Below, piece after piece: positions 1 to 8,471 of a stretch of DNA of 32,000 nucleotides. A program made the position numbers and the translations under genes. Numbering within the stretch: the first letter of the stretch is position 1; every line of letters starts with the position of its first letter. The notes under the pieces are model-generated. The model did not search any database, was not told the origin of the DNA, and saw only the letters and a program-made list of their open reading frames with translations. The stretch is taken from assembly GCA_046497275.1 (NCBI GenBank), contig JAWOFX010000092.1, forward strand, positions 5,682-37,681. Direction: 5' to 3'. The stretch comes from Promethearchaeia archaeon (GTDB lineage: Archaea; Asgardarchaeota; Lokiarchaeia; Sigyniarchaeales; SOKP01).

Positions 1-1
1 G

Positions 2-463
2 AATTTATTTGTGGATTTTCCGTCAAATGATTATATTAAAATATCTAATGATGATCTTCTTACAACAGAATGTGATATCTTAATTCCTGCTGCAGTTGAA
101 AATCAAATAACCAAAGATAATGCGAACCAAATAGATTGTAAAATCGTTTTAGAGGGTGCTAATGGCCCCACAACTCCAGAAGCTGATGAGATCCTAAACC
201 AGAAGAAGATTTATGTTGTTCCGGATATTTTAGCAAACTCTGGAGGGGTTTGCGTAAGTTATTTTGAATATGTACAAGACACTAGCTCTTATTTCTGGGA
301 TTTAGAACGTATAAATAAGGAACTTAAGAAAATCATTACCAATGCATTTGAAGATGTTTGGAGAACATCAATAGAGAAGAATGTTTCTCTACGTATTGCT
401 GCATATATCCTCGCTGTTACTCGAGTCGCAAAAGCAATCGAATTTAGAGGCTTCTATCCCTAA
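2..463 (+). CDS. gdhA: Glutamate dehydrogenase (Glu/Leu/Phe/Val DH family), C-terminal fragment; 5' end lies outside the window
   Basis: Motifs CDILIPAAVENQI, EGANGPTT, VVPDILANSGGVCVSYFEYVQ and C-terminal RGFYP. The frame is open back to base 2. Confidence 0.95.
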   Translation, partial: NLFVDFPSNDYIKISNDDLLTTECDILIPAAVENQITKDNANQIDCKIVLEGANGPTTPEADEILNQKKIYVVPDILANSGGVCVSYFEYVQDTSSYFWDLERINKELKKIITNAFEDVWRTSIEKNVSLRIAAYILAVTRVAKAIEFRGFYP

Positions 464-570
464 GAATTCTTCTATAAAAGCAATCATCTCAGAACTGGAA
501 ATTATATATTCATATTATTATATTCTTTTTTTCATAATATGACAAAAATATAATTCAAAGAATTAAGAAA

Positions 571-1350
571 TTAAATATTCGTTAGTAAGGGTAATAAGTT
601 ATTTATTATCGAATTCATAGCGATGAATGATTTTGAATTCGTAGGAATTTCTATGATCGGCTTTCCTTTTAAATCATATTCAGAAATTATCTCATCCTCT
701 GGAATCTGACCGATTAGTGGTATATCTAAATTTTTTATATAATCTAAAATCAATCCATAATCTTTTTTAACTCTATTTAAAATCAATCCAATATATTTTG
801 AATGTGTGAACTTTTGAGCGGTTAGTTTGATTGATTTAACCGTTTCTAAGCTTCTAATAGTCATATCCGAAATGATAAGTATGACATCTACATTTCTGAT
901 TACTTTTCTATTAATTTGCTCTAAACCTGCTTCGCAATCAATTAAAATTATATCATAATCTTGAGATATTGAATCAATAACACTTCTGAGTAAAGTGTTT
1001 AAAGGACAGAAACATCCTTCGATATTTGGTTGACCAATGGAGAGTAATCCAAATCTCTTAGTCTCTTCAATTATATTGTAAACCTTATAATCAATTTCTT
1101 GAGCAATTTTATCAATTCGGAGAGTTTTATTAATAGATTTTTGTATAATTTCAGTTCTGAGATCCTCAATTGTGTTTTTAGGAATTAAATTCATCATATA
1201 ACTTAGATGGGGATGTGTTGGATCTCCATCTATTAATAATAGTTTCTTATTATATATCTCGATTAAAACTTTTGCCATGAGTGTTGTTGTTAAACTCTTC
1301 CCAGCACCACCTTTTCCATTAATAGATATTATTATTGATTTTTTAGCCAT
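571..1350 (-). CDS. cooC: CooC/AcsF-type nickel-insertion ATPase (MinD/ParA SIMIBI class)
   Basis: Deviant Walker A GKGGAGKS, LIDGDP, the CooC metal-binding CxC motif (EGCFCP) and DCEAGLEQINR. Confidence 0.88.
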   Translation of the reverse strand: MAKKSIIISINGKGGAGKSLTTTLMAKVLIEIYNKKLLLIDGDPTHPHLSYMMNLIPKNTIEDLRTEIIQKSINKTLRIDKIAQEIDYKVYNIIEETKRFGLLSIGQPNIEGCFCPLNTLLRSVIDSISQDYDIILIDCEAGLEQINRKVIRNVDVILIISDMTIRSLETVKSIKLTAQKFTHSKYIGLILNRVKKDYGLILDYIKNLDIPLIGQIPEDEIISEYDLKGKPIIEIPTNSKSFIAMNSIINNLLPLLTNI

Positions 1351-1366
1351 TTCTTATACCTTTATA

Positions 1367-2134
1367 CTATCTTTCTAATTCTTCTCTTTTTTTTAAGATT
1401 AATTGAATATTTTGACAAGATTTTAAATACGGACAGATCTCGCAAGTCCATGAATATTCACAGTCTATTCGTTTCTTCCAATTATTTACTTTATCTCTCC
1501 ATATACCGTCCACTTTTAATTGGATATCAGAAACAAGATTTAAAAAATCTTCAACAACACTTTTATCTGAATTAACCATAAAGATTTTTATTGAGTGAAT
1601 GAAGTCTTCGTATTTTTGTTTATATAGAAATATAAATGCTTTAGCAAGAAATTCAAATGAAAAATTTTTTTCAATTAATTCTTTACTAATACGACACCAA
1701 AATTTTCTTGGTATTGTTCTTTGAGATAATCCTTCGATACTATCCGAAATAATAGAAAATTGGCGAATTTCATCAAATAGAGGTTCTTTAATCTCTTTTA
1801 ATTGGATTAGAATAAATAATCCAAAATTGAGGTTTTTATCATTTCTCTCAAATATTTCATCTCCCAATAAATAGATAAAATCCCTATTATCATCCAATTG
1901 CTCTTGAGTTGGATAAATGAGAGAAAATGATTTCTTACCAATACCACCTAATTCTATTCCCAGTTCCTCTTTAAGCACAATATCTCTATGACTTCCCAAT
2001 TCTAATCTGATATCGGTACTTTTTAGAAATTTCTCCAAAGAATCATCGATTTCAAAAACTTTTAATTTTATTGAATACTTAGACTGTTCTTCAAAAAATT
2101 CAATTATACGTAAGAGGTGATCGTTAATATTCAA
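1367..2134 (-). CDS. Truncated acetyl-CoA synthase beta (CdhC N-terminal / AcsB middle domain)-like protein with a C-terminal 4-Cys motif
   Basis: ELGG..SFSLI, FGLFILI, EGLSQR, FWCRISKE and NFSFEFLAKA line up with the CdhC/AcsB pattern ELGG..AFEL / W.RISKEA..KGF. No A-cluster domain follows; it ends in CX5CX2CX5C. TTG start, 16 bp upstream of cooC. Confidence 0.7.
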   Translation of the reverse strand: MNINDHLLRIIEFFEEQSKYSIKLKVFEIDDSLEKFLKSTDIRLELGSHRDIVLKEELGIELGGIGKKSFSLIYPTQEQLDDNRDFIYLLGDEIFERNDKNLNFGLFILIQLKEIKEPLFDEIRQFSIISDSIEGLSQRTIPRKFWCRISKELIEKNFSFEFLAKAFIFLYKQKYEDFIHSIKIFMVNSDKSVVEDFLNLVSDIQLKVDGIWRDKVNNWKKRIDCEYSWTCEICPYLKSCQNIQLILKKREELER

Positions 2135-2241
2135 TCTGAATCAATTAGAATGATTTATATCATTAGTTTATTTAGAAAATAATTAAATATATATTAATTA
2201 AAGAACAATTAACTTTTATTAAATTTATAAGTATTAAAAAA

Positions 2242-2661
2242 ATGATTGATATTCAACACCCTAAGGATTTGCTTTCAGTTTCTATTAAAAATATTCTAAG
2301 TTATCGTCCCGATTCAGAAATGATTGAATTACTAAGAAATTATAATAAGAAAATCATAATAGAGTTAGAAAACTTTTATCCTGTAATGGTTATAATTCAA
2401 GATAAAAATATATCTTTTAATTTTGGAGAGAAAATTGGAAAAGCTGATTTAAAGATAAAAATGGATTTAAATACCCTATTGGACTTAGCTTATAAAAGAT
2501 TAGGACTAGTAAAGGCTGTACTAACTCGACGATTGAAAATTAAGGGAATTTATAAACTAAAGACTGTTCTGAGATTCAAAAAAATCTTTCTCGATACTTT
2601 AAAAATGCTTGCAGCAGATCCTAATCAAAACTATTATGAATTAAATAAAAACACCAGATAG
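2242..2661 (+). CDS. SCP2 sterol/lipid-binding domain protein
   Basis: ADLKIKMDLNTLLDLAYKRLGLVKAVLTRRLKIKG matches the SCP2 C-terminal signature (D.TI.......L..G.L....A...GKLKI.G); size 139 aa fits. Confidence 0.75.
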   Translation: MIDIQHPKDLLSVSIKNILSYRPDSEMIELLRNYNKKIIIELENFYPVMVIIQDKNISFNFGEKIGKADLKIKMDLNTLLDLAYKRLGLVKAVLTRRLKIKGIYKLKTVLRFKKIFLDTLKMLAADPNQNYYELNKNTR

Positions 2662-2665
2662 GTGA
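2660..2665 (+). promoter_or_regulatory. Shine-Dalgarno site AGGTGA for the FAD-oxidoreductase gene
   Basis: AGGTGA overlaps the SCP2 stop codon and lies 7 nt before the ATG at 2673. Confidence 0.7.
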
Positions 2666-2672
2666 ATGGAAT

Positions 2673-4154
2673 ATGACTACTATAAAAGATAACCAACGCT
2701 ATAATGGCTTAAGTAAGGAAGATGTATACAAAAAATTGATCCAAATATTTGGAGACTCAAATGTAAGCAAACGAGCTGTTGATTTATATCCTTATTCCTA
2801 TGATATGACAGAGTGCGAAGCTCATATGCCCGATTATGTGGTAATTCCAGAAAATTCTGAACAAATTATTGAATTAGTGAAGTTTTGTAATAAAAATATT
2901 ATTCCAATCGTACCCTATATCACTGGAAATAATGTAGGAGGGCTGACAATTCCTCAATATGGAGGAATTATATTAGATTTTAGTAAGAAAATGAATAAAA
3001 TCCTTCATATCAATGAGGATATGATGTATGCATTATTAGAACCAGGAGTCACTTTTGGTCAATTAAAAAAACACTTGGATGAAAAGTATCCTCACCTAAG
3101 ATATAGCTATCCTTATGCGCCACCTTATGCAGGTGTGGTAGGTAATGCAATTTTGAGCGGTATGAATAACTTGTCTTGTAAAATCGGTTCTATGGGTGAC
3201 TCTATTAATGGTTTAGAAGTTATAACTGCCGATGGAGAGGTTGCTAGAATAGGATCATGTTTTTATGGTGAAAAGGATGCAGATAAGGATAGCTGGTGGG
3301 CCAGATATCCAATGCCAGATTTAATGGGTACATTTGTAAATTGGCAAGGTATGACTGGATTAGTAACTAAATGTGCAGTTCAGCTTTGGTCAAATCCTCC
3401 ATACAAGAAAACTTTTCTCGTTTTAGTCAAGGGTTTAACAGATATTGCTCCAGTAATAAGAGAAATAGGAAAAACAGATGTGGTTGATGACGTTTCAGCG
3501 GTTAGTACAGAAGTGGTAAAAATGACCGTAGAGATTCCTGATCCCGAGAAATATCCGGGAGAACCTGATTTTGTTGCTCTTTTTCCGATATCTGGAAAAA
3601 CAAAAAAATTATTAGAAGCTAAAAATGAAATTGTGCTAAATAAAATAAACGAATTGAAGAACCAAGGGAAAAATATAATTGTAGCGGATGTAGATGAGTT
3701 CGCCAAAATTTTCAATTTACGTGTACGATGTCATTTAGATTTACCCGCAGTTCTATTATCTTTAGTTGAATATTCAGGTTTAACTTGGTTCGGCTCTTAT
3801 GCTCCAACACATAAGTTAGAAGAATTAATCCAAAAAATTGATGAAATTTTCCATGAATATGATGTACCATCATTTATCTATATGAAAATCATGAAATCAG
3901 GTCATTATGGCATTTTCAGACCTATTATACGCTATAATAAATATAAAGATGGCGAAGAAGAGAAAATCCATCAATTACTTAACGATATTACTGATTTTTG
4001 TCTAAGTAGGGGATGTATACCTTATAAAACACCCTCTTGGATGACGGAAAAAATGCGAAAGAAAATAAATCCAGGCTGGTTGAAATTATTTGAAAAAATA
4101 AAAAATTGTATGGATCCTAATAATATATTCAATCCAGGAAGGTGGAACACGTAA
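2673..4154 (+). CDS. FAD-linked oxidoreductase, VAO/PCMH superfamily (GlcD-like), substrate unknown
   Basis: PDYVVIPEN.EQI, GNNVGG, ILDFSKKMNKIL, EPGVTFGQL, GLEVITADGE, QGMTGLVTK and terminal MDPNNIFNPG. Confidence 0.9.
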   Translation: MTTIKDNQRYNGLSKEDVYKKLIQIFGDSNVSKRAVDLYPYSYDMTECEAHMPDYVVIPENSEQIIELVKFCNKNIIPIVPYITGNNVGGLTIPQYGGIILDFSKKMNKILHINEDMMYALLEPGVTFGQLKKHLDEKYPHLRYSYPYAPPYAGVVGNAILSGMNNLSCKIGSMGDSINGLEVITADGEVARIGSCFYGEKDADKDSWWARYPMPDLMGTFVNWQGMTGLVTKCAVQLWSNPPYKKTFLVLVKGLTDIAPVIREIGKTDVVDDVSAVSTEVVKMTVEIPDPEKYPGEPDFVALFPISGKTKKLLEAKNEIVLNKINELKNQGKNIIVADVDEFAKIFNLRVRCHLDLPAVLLSLVEYSGLTWFGSYAPTHKLEELIQKIDEIFHEYDVPSFIYMKIMKSGHYGIFRPIIRYNKYKDGEEEKIHQLLNDITDFCLSRGCIPYKTPSWMTEKMRKKINPGWLKLFEKIKNCMDPNNIFNPGRWNT

Positions 4155-5345
4155 ATGACTGAAATAAAAATTCCAGATAATATTATGGGAAAAGAATTTT
4201 TAAAACTTTCTTTTGACCATTGCATTAAATGTAGCACTTGTAAATATTCGTTTAAGGGTTTTACAGATTCATGTCCCTCGGGAAAATCATTCTTTTTTGA
4301 ATCTTTTTGGGCATCTGGAAAAATACGAACAACACGGGGCTTATTATTAGGTGAATTAGAATGGAATGAAGATCTAAAAGATGCGATTTTTGCTTGCCCA
4401 ACGTGCGGAGCATGTATGGATGCGTGCCAAGCACCTCACGCGGATTATATTGTTGATATTATAGAAACACTTAGAGAATTAGCAGTGAAGAATATTGGAC
4501 CTGCCCAAAACCAAGAAAAATTAGTTGAGAGAGCAACTAATCCAAAAATGTGGAATCCTTATGGTGAACCTAATTCCAATAACGAAGCGTTAAAGAAAAA
4601 ATATAATTTACCGGATAAGGCAGAATGGGTATATTATATTGGATGTACTTCTAATTATAGACAAAAAACATTAAGAGACTCAACTCTTAGGTTCTTAAAA
4701 AAAGCAGGAATAGATTTTACTTTGATTGATGAACATTGTTGTACAAGCCCTATGATTAGAACAGGTCAAATTGAAAATAGTAAAGAATTTATGCGATATA
4801 ACGTGGAAAAAATTGAAGAGGCTGGAGCAAATAAAGTCGTAACATCTTGTGCGGGGTGTTATAGAACTTTAAAAAAAGATTTTGAAAAATTTGGAATAGA
4901 TTATGATTTTCAAGTTTACCATACGGTTGAATTATTAAAAGAACTTATTGATTCTGGAAAAATTAAAATCAAGTCTAAATATAACAAGAAACTTACTTAT
5001 CATGACCCATGTCATCTGGGAAGACATATGGGAATTTACGAAATTCCTAGGGAAGTATATAAGAAAATCCCTGGTATTGAATTTCTTGAAATGGAAAGAA
5101 ATCGAAATCATTCTTGGTGTTGTGGGGCGGGAGGAGGAGTAAAAATTGGATATCCTGATTGGGCAATAGATATTTCAAAAGAAAGGTTAGAGGAAGCAAA
5201 AGAAACAGGAGCAGAAGTTTTATCCTCGACATGTCCCTTCTGCAAGACTAATTTGAGTGATGCTAACGAAAAATATGGCTTTAATCTTCAGGTCTTAGAT
5301 CTGGTGGAGATATTAGATTCACTCGAGATAGAAATAATAAAATAA
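4155..5345 (+). CDS. HdrD/GlpC/GlcF-like Fe-S oxidoreductase (two ferredoxin motifs + two CCG domains)
   Basis: CIKCSTC..CP, CPTCGACMDAC, YYIGC, HCCTSP, SCAGC, YHDPCHLGR, WCCGAGGG and CPFC. The ATG directly abuts the upstream TAA. Confidence 0.92.
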   Translation: MTEIKIPDNIMGKEFLKLSFDHCIKCSTCKYSFKGFTDSCPSGKSFFFESFWASGKIRTTRGLLLGELEWNEDLKDAIFACPTCGACMDACQAPHADYIVDIIETLRELAVKNIGPAQNQEKLVERATNPKMWNPYGEPNSNNEALKKKYNLPDKAEWVYYIGCTSNYRQKTLRDSTLRFLKKAGIDFTLIDEHCCTSPMIRTGQIENSKEFMRYNVEKIEEAGANKVVTSCAGCYRTLKKDFEKFGIDYDFQVYHTVELLKELIDSGKIKIKSKYNKKLTYHDPCHLGRHMGIYEIPREVYKKIPGIEFLEMERNRNHSWCCGAGGGVKIGYPDWAIDISKERLEEAKETGAEVLSSTCPFCKTNLSDANEKYGFNLQVLDLVEILDSLEIEIIK

Positions 5346-5347
5346 TT

Positions 5348-6538
5348 TTAATCTTTATTTTCATATTGCTCTTTGGCAATTAAATATTCAATTTTTTGTT
5401 CTAATTCCTCAAGCGTGAGTTCTTCAACTTTATCTTCATACCCCAATGCTTTTAATTTTTTTATTTTTTTTGCTCGTTCCTTATCTGCTTTTTTTTGTTT
5501 AAACTCTAAGAAACTTAAATGGTCTGTTTTAGCTCTCTGTTTTTTAATCTCATCTTCCGGAACTTTATTAAGTAATTCCTTCACATCGCTTATTTTTTCA
5601 AATTTTTCCTTCATCTCTTTCATAATCTGTATTTGAACACTCATAGACTTTGGATCTTTCTCCCCTCGAAATACTTTAGTTGTATTTGTATTACTCAGAG
5701 AGTATTTATTATTAACACCAGGTGCCGTGTTTACATTTGGAGGTGGATTTAATTGGTTGGGTGCCCCATATGAACCAGTCGGAGCTTGAAGATATACAGG
5801 GTTTGCAGGAGCGGATGATTTATTTAGTGCAATTTGCTTAATAGTTGAATTGAGTTCTTTTACTTGTTGCTTTAATTCCTTCAATTCCTTAAACCCTTGA
5901 CGAATCATAAAAAAAGTTGTATCCCATGTCTTATCACCTTTTATTTCTAATAATTTCTGAAATTCTGATTCTGATATTTCAATTTTTTTTAAAGTTATTT
6001 CTCGATTATTAGACTTCAAGGAATTTTTAATAATTTTAGAACTCGATCCTTTCATTAATTTCTGATTGTTTTTTCTTCTAGGTTGAGATGATTTATTTAC
6101 ACTTGTCTTCTTTTTATAAGAATATCTTGTTTTAGTTTCATAGACTACCTCTTCTTCTAATATTTCAAAAAATTCTCCATCATCAAATAGAATTTCAGAA
6201 AGTTGGAAAGATTTATTGATGAATATCTCTTCTCTATCCCCCGAATAATAATAAATTGTAAGTCTAATTACACGAATTTTAAGATCTTCAATATTACTTA
6301 ATTTATCCAATTCAATTGAAAAAATTAGGATATTTGCTGAAAAGTGAAAGTTTTTAATGGATAATAGAAATGGTTCTTGAATAATATTTGGTGCTCTCTC
6401 ATTCACTTTTAGCAACTCAAACTTAAGATTCATACTTTTTATAGTGTCGGGAATTAATCTATCTATCTCATCTTGATCCTTTCTGAATTTAAAAAGAAGT
6501 TTATTTTGATCTTCCCAACATAATTGTAAGAGTTGCAT
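5348..6538 (-). CDS. Hypothetical multidomain protein: internal RHH/antitoxin-like module, coiled coil, Pro-rich linker, charged C-terminal helices
   Basis: 396-aa ORF. KKIEISESEFQKLLEIKGDKTWDTTFFMI resembles small archaeal RHH/VapB-like proteins, followed by heptads FKELKELKQQVKELNSTIKQI and a Pro-rich stretch. Confidence 0.75.
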   Translation of the reverse strand: MQLLQLCWEDQNKLLFKFRKDQDEIDRLIPDTIKSMNLKFELLKVNERAPNIIQEPFLLSIKNFHFSANILIFSIELDKLSNIEDLKIRVIRLTIYYYSGDREEIFINKSFQLSEILFDDGEFFEILEEEVVYETKTRYSYKKKTSVNKSSQPRRKNNQKLMKGSSSKIIKNSLKSNNREITLKKIEISESEFQKLLEIKGDKTWDTTFFMIRQGFKELKELKQQVKELNSTIKQIALNKSSAPANPVYLQAPTGSYGAPNQLNPPPNVNTAPGVNNKYSLSNTNTTKVFRGEKDPKSMSVQIQIMKEMKEKFEKISDVKELLNKVPEDEIKKQRAKTDHLSFLEFKQKKADKERAKKIKKLKALGYEDKVEELTLEELEQKIEYLIAKEQYENKD

Positions 6539-6550
6539 ATCTCATTTAAC

Positions 6551-6608
6551 ATCCGATTTTTGTCGGATCCTTTCGAATGGAATATTCCTTTAGTTATCTT
6601 AGAGATAA
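6551..6608. promoter_or_regulatory. Cluster of three short inverted repeats upstream of the 396-aa gene
   Basis: ATCCGA-N6-TCGGAT (6551-6568), GGAATATTCC (6579-6588) and TTATCT-N3-AGATAA (6594-6608). The repeats are directly visible; their function is unknown. Confidence 0.3.
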
Positions 6609-6720
6609 GGAAAATTTAAATGAAGATGGTCTCTAAATTTATTATAAAATAAATCTTGAAAAAATAAGAAAGAATTGAGAATTAAATAATTGCAATAAAA
6701 AAAAGATTTTAAGATATAAT

Positions 6721-7728
6721 CTATGGAATAGCGGTAGAGTCCCACGGAATTGGTATGCTTAGGGTCACGTTGATTGAAATCCCTCCAAATTCAGTATCAA
6801 ATATTAAATTATAACTAAGATTTGCATTCGTGGTGGCCAAACCTTCTATATATGACGTATCCATGACAGCTGTAAGATTTTGATTAAAAACACCGTCAAA
6901 AGCCCCGATTGAAGTATAGTGATTAATCGCAGATTCTCCAATTTTAGTATCAGGAGGAAGGGCACTTCCATTATCACTTGAAGATACCCAAATTTCAGAT
7001 TTAAGATTTAGATTGGTAAGAGGATAGATCCCACCATTTGAAATATCATAAGTTAAAGTAAAATTTAATTCATCATCACCATAGTTCCCCGGGGGGGCCG
7101 TACCACCATCATCATAATCATAATCATACGAAACTAAATTTGGTCTTAACATTACTCCGCTGCCTATGAGACTGAGTATCCAACCTACTAATATAAGACT
7201 CAAAATAACACCTACTACTTTAAATAGGAGGCTTGGTCTCGCTCTTCTTTTATATTCTGTAGAATCTTTTGTTACTCCACGTAATTCAAACGCTTCAAAG
7301 AGATATTGGAGACTTCTTACTCCCGCTGATAATAATAATAACCAAGCGATAAATTGTAAGCCTAATGAAACGCTGAGTTGTTGTGTTGCAATAGAAAAGT
7401 TTCCTAAATCTTTATTTGGATTAAAACCACCAAAGATATAAAAAAGATAAACTCCAGAAAATACAGTTATTATGAACATAATAACTCTATTCTTTGCTGA
7501 ATCTTTTGGATAAGCTGCTTTCAAAACTGCCAGAAATACACCCACCAAACCAAATATTATTATACCAGTAATAAAAGCTTGACTAACTGTAAATATACCA
7601 TAAAAATCAAGTCCTAATAGAATACCAAGCGGAATTGCAATATAGAGGATAGCATAAATGATTCCATTGAGGATCATCTTACCTATTTGAATTTCCATTT
7701 TAGATTCAAACTCATATTTATTATTCAA
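6721..7728 (-). CDS. Membrane protein with about 5 TM helices and a C-terminal extracellular beta-sandwich (LEA_2/Ig-like) domain
   Basis: Five hydrophobic segments, then a beta-rich S/T/N/D-rich domain with five N-glycosylation sequons. Start is TTG 7728 or ATG 7698. Confidence 0.8.
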   Translation of the reverse strand: MNNKYEFESKMEIQIGKMILNGIIYAILYIAIPLGILLGLDFYGIFTVSQAFITGIIIFGLVGVFLAVLKAAYPKDSAKNRVIMFIITVFSGVYLFYIFGGFNPNKDLGNFSIATQQLSVSLGLQFIAWLLLLSAGVRSLQYLFEAFELRGVTKDSTEYKRRARPSLLFKVVGVILSLILVGWILSLIGSGVMLRPNLVSYDYDYDDGGTAPPGNYGDDELNFTLTYDISNGGIYPLTNLNLKSEIWVSSSDNGSALPPDTKIGESAINHYTSIGAFDGVFNQNLTAVMDTSYIEGLATTNANLSYNLIFDTEFGGISINVTLSIPIPWDSTAIP

Positions 7729-8066
7729 ATTTATATTATTGATACATTAAACCATATTCAGAGTAATAAATATGCGCATTTTATATCAAAAACAAATAGT
7801 AAATTCTAATAATAAGAAACATCAAATTATTATGATTTTTATTTAAAGTATAAAACTTTAAAATTTTTTATTTCCGTTCGTATAGAAAATACCATTTTTT
7901 AATGCTTTTACTTCTATACTGTTTAGATTTTATTTTTGATCGTAGGAATAAATATTAATTTCGTGTTCTTGATTATTTTTGGATTTATTTATAGCATTAA
8001 CAAACCATAAAGGCAAGTTATTTAAAATTACATCTTTTAATTTTCATTAGCAAATAAAGTAAAGAT

Positions 8067-8471
8067 GTGAGATTCATCAAACAAAAAACACATAATAAAA
8101 TAAATAATAATTTATGCGGTACCCCAATAGAATTAAAAGAGGGTTATAGTAAATTAAAACTGACTCCCAATAAAAAAATGGTTTTAGATGAGTCAAATTT
8201 AATACATGGAGGTTTCACATTTAGTCTTGCTGATTATGCTGCAATGTTGGCTGTTAACCACTCTAATGTTGTTTTAACAGAAGCAAATGTTCGGTTTATA
8301 AAACCAGTAATTTTGGGGGATATACTTATTGCAGAAGCTCATATTATGCAGAAAGAGGGAAAAAAAATTATAGTTGAAGTAAATATAAATAAGAATGGCA
8401 TTAATGTTTTTGAAGGTGAATTTAAATGTTATATTCCAGAGATTCACATACTCGGAGGGGAGATTATATGA
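8067..8471 (+). CDS. PaaI-type hot-dog thioesterase
   Basis: LIHGGFTFSLADYAAMLAVN and NVRFIKPV..GD.L.AEA motifs. Confidence 0.9.
   Translation: MRFIKQKTHNKINNNLCGTPIELKEGYSKLKLTPNKKMVLDESNLIHGGFTFSLADYAAMLAVNHSNVVLTEANVRFIKPVILGDILIAEAHIMQKEGKKIIVEVNINKNGINVFEGEFKCYIPEIHILGGEII

Noticed and set aside
2673-4154. Specific call as D-lactate dehydrogenase or alkyl-DHAP synthase
   Set aside because: The diagnostic His/Glu motifs of those enzymes are not visible; only the superfamily is supported.
3380-5636. Short alternative ORFs 3380..3715, 4022..4237, 4948..5142, 5047..5232, 5373..5636
   Set aside because: They overlap well-supported genes antisense or out of frame and have F/S/L/I-rich shadow composition.
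7772-7779. Palindrome ATGCGCAT in the divergent promoter
   Set aside because: Single 8-mer with no second copy seen; compatible with chance.
8426-8467. Longer N-terminus for the ThDP enzyme (start 8426)
   Set aside because: It would overlap the thioesterase by 46 bp; ATG 8468 has an RBS, an ATGA overlap and matches the family start (M.GGE).
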